Source: Blepharisma stoltei ATCC 30299 (Eukaryota; Protista; Ciliophora). From it: 64,000 nt of DNA. This document shows positions 24,510-36,469 of this stretch, one piece after another; within the stretch, counting starts at the first letter, position 1, and each line of letters begins with the position of its first letter. A program made the position numbers and the translations under genes. Under the pieces are notes generated by a model, which was not told the DNA's origin, did not search any database, and saw only the letters and a list, made by a program, of their open reading frames with translations. The DNA is taken from NCBI GenBank assembly GCA_965603825.1, contig CBFDEM010000014.1, positions 496,001 to 560,000 on the forward strand. The letters are read 5' to 3'.

Positions 24510-25532
24510 TTAGGCTTCACACGTATGTTCTAGTTTGCTAATTCTCTCAAATTCGCTTAGCATTTCTGTTATTTGTTGTATAGTCTCCCGTGGATTGTCC
24601 CAGTATAAATGATGGCCTGAGTCTGATATTGTTTTGATTCTTATCGAGCTAGGATGCTGCTCTCTTAGTTGCTCAGCTCCTCTAGTGCTTACCCAATCTT
24701 TGTCTCCAAAAAGGAATCCTATAGGGATTTTCAAATTATTTACTCTCTTACATAATGGCATTTTTGCTCACGCGCCTGGATAGCATAAATAAAGCAGGGC
24801 TAATTCCCCGCTTGCAGGGAGCAAGTTAATCTGCTCTAAATATCTCTCTAAGCTCCTCAGCTCGCTTTGTGGGATTTTGCTTATTTTGCGTATCGAGTAC
24901 AATTCTAGAAGCTTTCCTGAAAATGGCCCAGCTTTTCTCATAATGCTAGTAGGCGTCACATTTCTCGTCCAAAAGAAGACCAGAAACTTCATAGCCCAAC
25001 GGTACTTTCAATCCTTACTTTCCAGTGTATAAAGATAATTATATCCAGGCGGCTGCTCAGATATGCCGACAGGTGATAAAAATATTAAAGATTGTATATA
25101 CTGAGGATACTTAGCAGCATAACAACCGGCTATATACCCTCCAAAAGAATGCCCAATTAAAATGAATTTCTCCAAACCGAGTTCTCGTCTGTAGTTCTCT
25201 AAGGGCTCGACGAAAAAGTCTTCTGAATCAGATATAGAAGTTGCCGTAAAATTTGGGCGAGATGATCTTCCCATTCCTAATAAGTCCACAAGATAGATAT
25301 AGTAGAGAGATGCAAGTTGAGAGAGAATTTTATAAAAAATCATTCCAGCTCCACAAAATCCATGCAATAAAATTAATGGTGGATTAGAAGGATCTCCACA
25401 GATGGAAGAATAAAGATGCTGCCCATTTCCTACTGGAATTATTCGGGTTGTTATCTCTATGCCTGAAAATAATTTTAACTGTTCTTCAGCAAGGTCAAGC
25501 TCAGAAGGAGAAAATCTAGACCAACTTGACAT
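24510..25532 (-). CDS. Alpha/beta hydrolase, ABHD4/ABHD5/Cld1-like lipase-acyltransferase
   Basis: LLHGF, DLLGMGRSSRP, GHSFGG nucleophile elbow, GDKDW, HHLYWD (HX4D). Two TGA=Trp. Confidence 0.9.
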
Positions 25533-26343
25533 ATTTAATTGTTTAAATATAGCTATCTGTTTGGTAGATATGCCAATAAGCTTTAATATTCGTGTTAGGA
25601 TTTACATTGATTTAGCTTATTTATTTCCCTAATATGGTAGGAAATGGTAAGATCAGTTTCATATTTTTGAAATTTACTTCCAATTTGGTTATTGTGGTCT
25701 TAAGCTGAATTTTACCTCTCAAAAATATTTATTGGGCCATTTATCTTTCTAGATAAGATTGAATAAATTTTTATTATTTGAGATTTTAAATTTTAATGAT
25801 TTGAAAATATTTTTATCTTATTTTGGAAATAATAGTGCAAATCAAAATAAATATATCAATCTTAAAAATTAAAGTTTGAATTATTTTCGTTTGAATAATG
25901 TTTATGTCTGATACTTATTTTTAATAAAACCAGTGATAGGCTGTTGGATTTATAATTGAGGTGCAGTAGAAATACTTAATTTGAAAGCTGGGCATCTGCT
26001 TTTACGCATCCTTGCAAAAATAAAAAAGAACAATTAATTCTAATCTGGATAATAATTTTATTCAGATCTCTTCAAAAAGCCTCATTTATAGGCTTTGTAG
26101 ATAATCAAATTAAAATAAAAAACACCATTTATCTTCAAGTTTTAAGAGTAGAGCAACTCATTTATAAATAGCACAATATAATCATTAAAATAAAGAAAAA
26201 GATAAGACTTTTTAATTAAAAAGTTTTTTATGTTCTATTTAAGCTATGGCGCTGAGGAAAATAGATATGCACCTGCTTTCTCTTTCATAAAATTATTTTC
26301 AAGAAACTAAACTTGTTTATAATTTAAATCAGATAAAAATTTA

Positions 26344-28818
26344 ATGGCAAAATCCAGTGTAGAACCCCAGCAGAATCAAATTTCTGAAAAAATTGATGAA
26401 TTGAATTCTGACCAACGCTACTTTAAGGGGTATGACTGTATTAAAAATATTCCTCTTTACTGGGGCAATGGAAACAGGAAACCCAAATCCAAGCTTTCAA
26501 AGTGAGCTTCCTGAGTACTTGACAATTGGATCACTCAAGCTTATCTAATGCTTCTCACACTTTTTGCTTTATTTGGCGATGACATCAGACTCTTAGCTAC
26601 GGAGCAATCATCTGATGGCTACTTTTTTTGAACAGCATTTGTTTGCCTTGTTTCTTTTGCTGTAGAAATTATTTTATCCTCAATATCTAAGGAGAAATAT
26701 TTCAACAGTTTTTTCTTTTGGCTTGATATCTTAGCGACTATATCTCTTATTCTTGATATTGGCTGAGTCTGAAGCTTCATTACAGGCAAAAACTCCAACC
26801 AAGATTCGGAAGACGTCCAGGAAAGCCATGTTTCTCTTAACAGACTGCAAAGTATTACTGGCCCAAGAAATATCAGGCTTATGAGAATTTTTCGTGTCAT
26901 TAGGCTTGTTAGGGTCGCTAAAATTTACAAATTAGCAGTCGAGCGTAACCTACAAAAAGACGAAACGAAAAGTGAAAAAAGAGTAGAAATTCGCTTTAGA
27001 GGAAATGAAGCCCCAATAATAGTAGAGGTATGAGACCAAATGCCTCTTAATAATGAAATAGATTTTGATAACTTAGAAGATCAGTCTTCTCACTCTTTAA
27101 GCTCTTTTTCATTAGGGCCGTTTTCACAGGCGGATCATCCTTCATCCGATCCTGCTTCTACTGGCTTGAATTTTGACGTTCCTTCGAATATGATTGTTAT
27201 ACAAAACGAAGCTAAAAATGTTGAAAAAAAGGAAAAACCAAAGTCAGACCCTGAGGCCAAACTTGGAAACAGATTGACCGATGTCATTATGAACCGAATG
27301 ATCATTCTGGTTATTGGCGCTGTACTTGTGTTTCCCCTGTTTTATCCTTCTTTGTATCTAGATGACTATAAATTTTTTGAATTCGGCTTAAAAGCAATTT
27401 ATGATGTTATTTTTGAGCATGAAGAATTTGAGGTGGCTTGAAATTCATATGTTGACTCCTATAAAGATTTAAACAATCCCTTAATTTACCTGCAAGTCAA
27501 AAACAAAAAACTGTGGAAAGGAGGAGCCTGTCTGGACGATTTACGATTGTCAGAAGTTCTTATATACACAATTGACGGGATGAGCTCTGACTATTACTAC
27601 TGGATAGTCGCGGTTTTTGACATGAAGAATACAAGTAAAATGGAAGCATGGATGAGTATGCTGCGGACAGCTTTCATTTGTGTTGTAATTGGGGTTGCTG
27701 CATTATTGCTTGCGAAAGATACAAAAGAAATTTTGTTAAAGCCACTAGAAAAAACAATAAATCGTGTGCAGAATATGTCTAATGACCCACTGCTTGCTAT
27801 TCAATTAGAAGAATATGAATCCTATACAAAAAATTTAAAAGAGAAAAAGGCATGCAAATCTGAGCCTGAAGAAATTAAGCTGCTAGATAACGCAATCAAT
27901 AAAATCGGCTCACTTTTATCGATTGGGTTTGGAGAAATAGGTGCGGAGATTATTACTTACAATATGAAAACTAACGGAGGTGAAATTAATCCATTAATTG
28001 CAGGAAGACGGTGTTTCTGCGTTTTTGGAGTGTTATGCATAAAAAACTTGCAAGAACTTACCTCTGATTTAAAAGAAGACACTATTCAGTTTATTAACAA
28101 AATTTCTTTAATCACTCATAGCATTGCTTCTCAGTACTTAGGCTTAGCTAAAAAAATAACTGGAGACAAGCTTTCAATTGTATGGAAATTCCCTGAAGAG
28201 TGCATTGAGCTTGATATCTTCAGCAATGCCAAAAAGGGTTTGAATGATAATTTATTTGTAAAAGAATTAGCAGACATGGCAGTTATCAGTTTTGCAAAAA
28301 TTTTGGCAGAACTCAAGAAAAGCCAGTTTATTTTGAATAATGGAAATGGTACAGAAATCAGAAAAATAATTTCTGAAGAATGCAGCGAAATTGGAATAGG
28401 GCTTCATCAAGGCTGGGCATTGGAAGGAACTCTAGGCAGCAAACTAAAAATTGATCCTGTTTATTTGTCCCCGAATTTGGACATTGCAATTAAACTAGGA
28501 GAAATTACGAATGAATTCCAAACAGCAATTATGATTAGTGAAGATCTTTTTAAAATCTGCTCACAAAAGACACAATTACAGCTTAGAGAGACAGGGCGTG
28601 TTGCAATTTCTGAAGAAAAAGAAATCGGCGTATATACATGTGATTTAGATTTATCCAAAGTTTCCTTATTGGAACCAGATATTCAAGATCCTGAAAAAAG
28701 CAAGACATTCAATAGAATTGCAAGAGAGAAGCTTAAAGAATTATCAAAAAGCGGCGAATATCATGTGTCAAAGCTATGGGAAGAAGATAATGACTTAAAA
28801 AATATGAAGAGTATATAG
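26344..28818 (+). CDS. Alveolate-type voltage-sensor/adenylyl cyclase fusion with degenerate catalytic residues
   Basis: ALFGDDIR, FFFWLDILAT, S4 RLMRIFRVIRLVRVAKIYK, LLSIGFGEIG, GLHQGWALEG.LGS..KID..YLSPN. One frame with multiple TGA=Trp. Confidence 0.88.
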
Positions 28819-28903
28819 AATGCAAAATGAAGCTTTCAATTAAAGTAAGCTTAATCATTTTCGCTTTAATACAAATTTGTATAAATAATCATAAATATAT
28901 TAA

Positions 28904-29806
28904 TTAAATTTGTGGAACCCCTGATATTGCCTGTGAATCAATACCGCATTGCCCAAAAGCAATGAAAAAGAATCCGTTAAGTCCCCAACTGCTCCCTAGA
29001 GAATTCGCACAAATTCAATAATTGAATCCATTCTGGCTTCCCCAGCCAATTATTTTCACGGAGAGATTTCCTAAATAAGCACCCGTAACATGTGTATAAA
29101 TTCCTCCTGAGTAGCTCATGAAGTCTTGGTAGACCATAAAAGTTGATTGTACAGGGCCATTCATTAGAATTGCAGCTTGAATTGCTGTCTGGCCAATATA
29201 CGTATACATCATCGATGGGTAATATAAAGTCATCTCTAGCCCATTTGAGCAAGTTGAAGGACAATATGTAGTCTGGCCATAATATGGAATGCAGCTTGAT
29301 GTAGGGACACCATTAGCCATAAACTCTCATGCAAGGTCAGCATAGCCGCCTGTGCATCCATCATTCATGTAATCACATGAAATTATGTATTGAGCAGAAA
29401 GGACTATATTTGTGGAACCTTTAGAAGCAATGCAAAAAAGGTCTGATAAAACTTCAGAAGCTGCAAAGGCTCAGCTTGAGCTGCATTTCCCTTGACTTTG
29501 GATAGGGTGAATACATTTTGGCCATTGATTTCTAGAATCAAATCCTTGAGGAATTGTGAGGAAATTCAAAATAAGTCCCCAGTCATATTCTTTAAAAGTG
29601 CTTGGCTTTATTTGAGTATGTGTGTATTGCATGGCCTCTGCTATAGTCATTTCTCCAACCCAGCTAGAAGATGCTGTCCATAAATCTTGGCTTTGATTGA
29701 CAAAATCTATTGATTCTTGAGGCATTACCAACTCGTCCATGTGAAGCGGATAAATTGATTTCACACAAAATACAGATACAAAAATTGAAAGCACAATAAT
29801 TTTCAT
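28904..29806 (-). CDS. Cathepsin B-like papain-family protein, predicted catalytically inactive
   Basis: Signal peptide, FDSRNQWPKC, QGKCSSSWAF, GCTGG, GPV, GNLSVKIIGWG, YWICANS. Three TGA=Trp; 301 codons. Confidence 0.9.
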
Positions 29807-30177
29807 TTTAATTCTTCACCAATTTATAAAAGATTGGTTTATAGAATTAAGGCCATAATGTCAGAAAATGGATTCTGAAGGTAAATTAATTAATCGTAGA
29901 AACGAAACTTGGATATCAATATATCCCAGCACAATTTAACATTGAGCACAGCAATTTGAGATTGGATAATTGTAAAAATTAACCTTAATGATTTTTAGTA
30001 ATAAATATTTAAGTTCAGATAAGATAAAACTTCAATCAAATAAATAATTATTTGAAAGTACAATAAAACAAATATCTTACCATATATTTTTATATAAACC
30101 TATAAATGGGGTGCCTTATACAATCCCTTATAAAAAATGATAATCCTAACGCCATTTCTCTTATAATATAATTTCAC

Positions 30178-33000
30178 ATGCCAGAGCAGACTAAGCCTTG
30201 CTATCTTATAATTGACTATGAGGTGCTAGCTCCTCCCACCAGCCAAGAAATCTCTAAAATCCTTCAGCAGGGCACTGAGGAAGAAAAAATCGATGCCATG
30301 AAAACCTTAATCCTCATGATACTTCAAGACGACCATTATCCAAGGATGATTATGACAATAGTCCAACACGCAATGAGAGCAGAGTCAAAAGACATGAAAA
30401 AACTGCTTCTTCTATACTGGGAAGCTATCGAAAAAACAAATCACGACGGCACCATCAAAGATGAAATGGTTATGCTCTGCAATGCTTTGAGAAACGACTT
30501 GCTCAGTCCTAATGAATTTGTCAGAGCCAAAACTCTTAGATTAGTAGCCAAGATGAAGTATAGAGAAATGATGGACAGCTTACTTCAGCCAGTCGTGGAC
30601 AATCTGACTCATCGCCATCCGTATGTTAGAAGAAACGCGGTTATGTGTGTGTACAGCATTTATATGGCATTCGGTGACAGCTTGCTCCCTGACGCTGTAG
30701 AAAAGGTTGATGAGCTGCTTAAGAGTGAAACTGATTTAAGTACTCGCAGAAATGCATTGCTCTTTTTATTTGAAGCAGAACCTAATGTGGCGATGAAATA
30801 TCTGAATACAATTCTAGCTGACGAAGAAGAAAACTCCTCTGCTTATGGATCAAGTGCAGATATTTTACAGCTTGTGGTGCTAGATGAGTTGAAGAGAGTC
30901 TGCAAAGCAAATCCGCAAGAAAAAGGAAGGCATATCAAAGCAATTTTCCAGTTAGCTAATTCAAGTAAATCGCAAAGTGTGCTTTATGAGTGTGCATCAA
31001 CTTTAATGCAGTTAACTAAAGCACCTAATGCAGTCAAATTATCAATTTCGACTTATATAAAGCTTCTCAATGATCCAAGTGCCGACAACAATGTAAAATT
31101 GCTTGTGCTTGAAAAGTTGGTAGGAATAAAAGAGCAGTTTCCAAAGCTCTTACAAGAGCAAGCTGTCGATTTATTGAGATCTCTGTCAAGTCCATCGAAT
31201 GATATTAGAAAAAAATGTTTAGATCTGGTTTTAGGGCTCCTATCATCAAGAAATGTTGAAGAAATTGTGAGGATCCTGAAAAAAGAACTTCTCAATGTCC
31301 AAAGCCAAAAAGAAGAGCTTCCTTATCAAGAACTTTTAATTATTTCACTCCATAAATGTGCTGTTAGCTTTCCTGACATAACTGGACAACTAGGTCTTGT
31401 TGAGGTTTTAATGGATTGTTGCCTACTCCAAGCATCAACTTCTGCAGAAGTTGCAAGCTTTATTCAACAGCTAATGTCAAGCTATCAATCACTCCAAAAC
31501 ACGATCATTGATAAGCTGCATCATATTTTTGCTGAAATCTCATCTGCACAAGTCCACAGAACTGCTTTATGAATGCTTTCAGAATACACCAGAGATCCAG
31601 CCAAAACAATAGTTCTCATTCTCAATACAATTGGTGAAGGACCATTTATAAACAAACGGGAAAGAATTGCTCATACAGAAGTAGCAAAAGATGAGCAAGA
31701 TAAAATTCACCGCACTGTGATTTTGCCTGATGGGACCTATGGGACACAAATTATTTCGTCTTCTGACTTTTCAAGGCAAAAAAATGTAAGCGGGCTGAGG
31801 AAACTTTTGACAGAAATCGAAGAAGTTGACTTCTTTTTGGCGACCGCCATATCTGTATCGCTGACTAAGTTACTGTTCAAAATTGAAGAAAGAAATAGAG
31901 AAAATTATAAGCAGGATATTTTATTGATGTTATGTGGGTTGGTACAGCTAAGAACATATCCTTTAAAACATAAAAATGAAAAAGAGTATAGTGAAGTTCC
32001 ATACTCAATAGACCCAGATAATTTTGAAAGGATCGTTCAGTGCATTCAAACACTTACTGGAATGATTTCTCCTGACTGACTTGAAGGTGGAAAAGAACTT
32101 TATAGCCGATCTCAGAACATTGCTAAACAAATTGAAGAGCAATTAGAAGAAGTAAAACAGATTTCTCAGCCAGATGATTTAATTCCAATTAAGCAGCTAA
32201 GAGGTAGAGAAGGGATAAGTGACATGGATTTCATCATCGAAGAAGACAGCTTTAAGGCCATTTTCCAAGACACAGACGAAGAGTATTCCAAAAGAATTAG
32301 CAGAGTCAGACAGCTGACAGGTCTTGGAGATCCTGTTTATGTTGAATGTATGATGAGGATGCATTTATACGATATCGTCTTGGAATTCTCCGTCTTTAAT
32401 AGATCCTCTGAAACGATTCAAAATTTAACTCTTGAGCTTGCTTCTCAAGGAGACTTAAAAATGGTAGAAAAGCCTCTACCCATTAATTTAGCACCTGGAA
32501 AGTCAGCCCAAATCAAAGCCAGCGTCAAAGTTAGCAGCTCAGAAGCTGGACGCATTTTCGGGAATTTAACATATGACTCTCCTAAAGGAGGAAATTTAAA
32601 TGTAATTACTCTGAATGAAATAACTATTGATGCCATTGAATATATTCACCCTGCAACTTGTAGTGAAAGCCAATTCAGGCAACTATGGCAAGAATTTAAA
32701 TGGGAAAGCCCAGTAAACGTTGCCAGCACTAAGACGAATCTTTTGGACTATATTCAAAAATTATCAAAAATATCTAATGTAAATATTTTGACACCTGAAA
32801 ATGCAATGCTTTGTAGTGAACATTTTCTTGTGTGTAATATGTATGGGCAGTCAAGATTTGCTGAGGATGCGTTGATGAATGTGTCAATTGAAAGAAAAGA
32901 TAATGGAATTATTGGGAGTATTAGAGTCAGAGCGAAAACTCAAGGAATGGCAAAGTGTATAGGAGAAAGAGTTGGAGCAATTATCCAGCATATTAAATAA
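30178..33000 (+). CDS. COPB1: Coatomer subunit beta (beta-COP)
   Basis: LRNDL.SPNEFVR, HPYVRRNAV, ILPDGTY, QLTGLGDPVY, RAKTQGMA. TGA=Trp at 31570 and 32077. Confidence 0.95.
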
Positions 33001-33089
33001 TCCTTTATTAATTAAAACTGAAAATAATAGTTTAAGTGCTGGTGAAATTTTAATATTAAATCAGGAGCAAAAATATATAATTGCATTTA

Positions 33090-34106
33090 ATGAAAAAAAT
33101 AGCTTTAGGATTTGTTCTATTGCTATTAGTAGTAGTCCTATGAGTAGGAAGCAGCACTCTTATCCAAGAAATCCTCACAAATGAAAATTTCGATAAGCCT
33201 TTTTTCTTGACTTACTTCTCGACCTCCAATTTTTCACTCTATTTAATCTCTCTTACTTGAAAACATAAAACTTTGAAACTAGGCACTTGCCCAGACTTGA
33301 AATCTACCGCGAAAATAGCTTTGCACTTTTGCCCTCTCTGGTTTTTTGCGAATTATTTTTTCAATCTTTCATTATCATTGACAAGTGTTGCATCTAATAC
33401 GATATTAAGCTCAACCTCAGGGATGTTTACGCTGCTTCTCTCTATCTTTTTTCTTAAAGAATCACCTGAAATTATAAAGTTTTTAGCTGTTATAACAGCT
33501 ACAGGTGGAGTTATTTGTATAGGCTTGTCAGATGATGAGGGCGGGAGTGATAATGCTTGAGGGGATTTATTTGCATTATTTGGGGCTATTGTATATGCAA
33601 CTTATAGTGTTTTTATTAAAGCAAAAGCTTCAAATGTAGATATGGTGATATTTTTTGGATGTGTAGGGGCTATAAATGTTTTTCTATTATTTCCTGGGTT
33701 TATCATCTTAAATTTTAGTGGGATAGAGCCTTTTGAGTTTCCATCAGCTACTACGTTAGGACTATTATTTCTCAATGCTTTATTTGGCACTGTGCTATCA
33801 GATATGCTTTGAGCACTAAGTGTGAGATTGCTTAACCCTGCATTATGCACTGTTGGGCTCTCTTTGACTATTCCTTTGTCAATGGTAGTAGATACAATGC
33901 TGCATCAATTTACTTATTCCGCTGTTTATATTTTAGGTGCTTTACTAATCGTGCTAGGATTTGTACTTTTGTCAATTTATGAAAACCCCAAACTTAGAGC
34001 CAAAATTTCAAATGAATCAATATTCAAAATTCTGGGAATAAATCGCAATAAAGAAACCGAAGTTCTATTAGAGAAGAAAGAAACTCAAGAGATATCAATG
34101 ACATAG
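33090..34106 (+). CDS. SLC35F5/Thi74-like EamA (DMT) transporter
   Basis: VVLWVGSS, FDKPFFLTY, LWFFANY, TSVASNTILSSTSG, SDMLW, GLSLTIPL. Four TGA=Trp. Confidence 0.88.
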
Positions 34107-34189
34107 AGATCTACATTTAAATCCTTGATAAATATCTATCTATTGCCAGATATTTATTCAAATAGTTTTGCTAAGTAAGATTATAGTAA

Positions 34190-35161
34190 TTATTGTCGCT
34201 GTTCTAATAAATATCTACTAAATGACGACAGTCTTTCAGTTCCCCTGACTTCTTCTTCCAATAAAGGGCACACCACAATATGGAAATCTTCATACAGCTC
34301 CTTTATTTGATCCATATACTTCTGCTGCATCCTTTGCCTTGCAATGCACATTCTGCATTTATCTTCTGGAAATAGCACTTGATTGACAACAATATGCTCA
34401 ATATTTATATTAAACTTGCACAATTCTTGTACTAACCTCTCTGTTTCATAAATAGACAAAAATTCAGGTATACACACAGCTACAAAAGTCGTAATAGAAG
34501 GGTCCTGGAACTGCTTATTTACCTCTTCAATAATATTTTTCATCTGCTCCATTCTTTCAAACGCCGTATTATAAAGCTGCTCCCCTTGCTCTCCTCTTCC
34601 AAACATATTCGATACTTGATTTACCAAAGCTCCTAAATTTTGCTTAAGTGATACAATTTTGGCTAATCCTTTGTTAAGAATGGTTGGGAAATTAAGCAGT
34701 CTTAAGGTATGTCCAGTTGGGGCTGTGTCAAAGATAATCATAGAATAGCTCATTTCTTGCACGGTTTTTAATAGTTCAGAAAAGCTCATCGCTTCATCTA
34801 TGCCTGGGATTGATGCCATTATTTCGCCCATTAAGCTTTTGGTTGCTGGGTCAGCTTGGACACCAAAAAACGAAGGCATTTCGACAGAATCCATCGATAC
34901 TTGAGGCTTAATTTCCATGCCATAAAGGTTAGGAACTCCATTGATTCTTGTCGGTGTTGGTCCAAGCTGCTGATCAAAAGCATCACTCAAATTATGTGCT
35001 GGGTCTGTAGAGATAATTAATACAGATTCACGATGTCTTGATAGCAGAATTCCTAACGAGGCCGCCACAGATGTTTTTCCAACCCCTCCTTTGCCACCTA
35101 CAAATACCCATTTTAAAGATCTTTCGTCAAGAATGCTTTGCAAGGTGTGTGCAGGCTCCAT
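34190..35161 (-). CDS. GET3: Get3/ASNA1 ATPase (tail-anchored protein targeting)
   Basis: GGKGGVGKT, STDPAHNLSDAF, DTAPTGHT, EFLSIYETERL, CxxC. Confidence 0.96.
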   Translation of the reverse strand: MEPAHTLQSILDERSLKWVFVGGKGGVGKTSVAASLGILLSRHRESVLIISTDPAHNLSDAFDQQLGPTPTRINGVPNLYGMEIKPQVSMDSVEMPSFFGVQADPATKSLMGEIMASIPGIDEAMSFSELLKTVQEMSYSMIIFDTAPTGHTLRLLNFPTILNKGLAKIVSLKQNLGALVNQVSNMFGRGEQGEQLYNTAFERMEQMKNIIEEVNKQFQDPSITTFVAVCIPEFLSIYETERLVQELCKFNINIEHIVVNQVLFPEDKCRMCIARQRMQQKYMDQIKELYEDFHIVVCPLLEEEVRGTERLSSFSRYLLEQRQ

Positions 35162-35313
35162 TTATTATAAGGTTAGTAGCAGAACCAAATTTGCTTAAAT
35201 AAGTGTCAACTACTAGCTGTATTCAAATGAATAATAACATAAAATCGTTATTTTCTTGGAGAAATTTAATTTTAAGTGACAGTCAATTAAATGGAATTTA
35301 TTTAAACAAAATC

Positions 35314-35589
35314 ATGGGTTGTCGTCCTTCTCTTGGAAAAGCAAAGATAATGAGAAAGTCACAGGTCTCAGATTTTACAAAAATTTATCCTGAACAGGAA
35401 ATAATTTCAAAAGGCGTGATTTATACGTCAGTTATACAAACAAGTACAAAAGACAATCTTCAGGAAGATGCAAGGCATTCCACGGAAGATACATGCCCGA
35501 ATTCGCGAGTATCGTCAATTCAAGCAAAGAATAAAAACATTTATGTTTCAAGAACTCCAGAATCTGAAATTAAATTAGATGATATGTAA
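35314..35589 (+). CDS. Small hypothetical protein with MGC N-terminus (possible dual acylation)
   Basis: 91-aa ORF MGCRPS..; GC-richer than flanks; no recognised domain. Confidence 0.5.
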   Translation: MGCRPSLGKAKIMRKSQVSDFTKIYPEQEIISKGVIYTSVIQTSTKDNLQEDARHSTEDTCPNSRVSSIQAKNKNIYVSRTPESEIKLDDM

Positions 35590-36469
35590 AGTTTAATTTT
35601 CGTACAACTAAGAAATTTATCCAAACATTTTAAGGTGATTTTATAAATATTTTCTTAAATGGCAGATTAAAAGTGATATTATTTGATAAATATATTGCCT
35701 GAACTTGAAAAACGATAACAGCTAACAAAACAAAAAGTTTTATTCTAGTAATTTTATAGAAAATTTCAATTTCTTTTTATGATATAGGGTTTTTTTTTCG
35801 ATTTCTGAAACGTATTTAGGCTAGCTTTAAGTTGAAATATTTTAAAGAAACAAATTTAAGAAATTATAGCATTTACTCTCAATCTCTGATTTCAATATTA
35901 GAATTAATTTTCTTAAATTAATCTATTTCATTGTAAGATGCATTTGAAATTGCTAAAGCATTGCATAAGTATATACTTAAGATTCTCTAGACCACCATTT
36001 TTTTTGGCTTCAGACTTGATTATTTACAAGGCATATTTCTTCAAAGTCTATATTTTGATAATTTCAGCTTTTAATAAATAAGCTATTTATGTAAAATATT
36101 ATCAAAGAACACTTAGTTGCTAAACGAAAAAATCTCGAATATTTTTGGTAGCAAACCTTTTATTTAAACTCAAACTAAACTGTGTCTATATAAGCTTGTA
36201 TATTGTGCATGCTAATTATTACTATTTTGACTGAATTTTATACAAAATTTAGTTATATTTTTCTTATGAAAAAAATTGCCCAACGCATATCATTCTGAAT
36301 TTGAATATAGCCAAAGAATAGACAAATCAATGATTATAATATTTAAAAGCCAAAACTATGCTAACTATCTTAAAAATAAAATTTAATGCCATCTAAACTT
36401 CATATTTTCAAAATCTGCAACTTCTTCTGCATTTTATTTATAATTTATAACTATCAGTATTGCTGAGTA

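Noticed and set aside
28811-28830. Intron extending the cyclase past TAG 28818
   Set aside because: GT at 28811 has no AG at position 15 or 16; downstream sequence is AT-rich spacer.
35590-36385. Long AT-rich spacers (also 22670-23253, 25533-26343) as IESs or MITEs
   Set aside because: No terminal inverted repeats or transposase remnants found by eye; cannot be judged without germline/somatic comparison.
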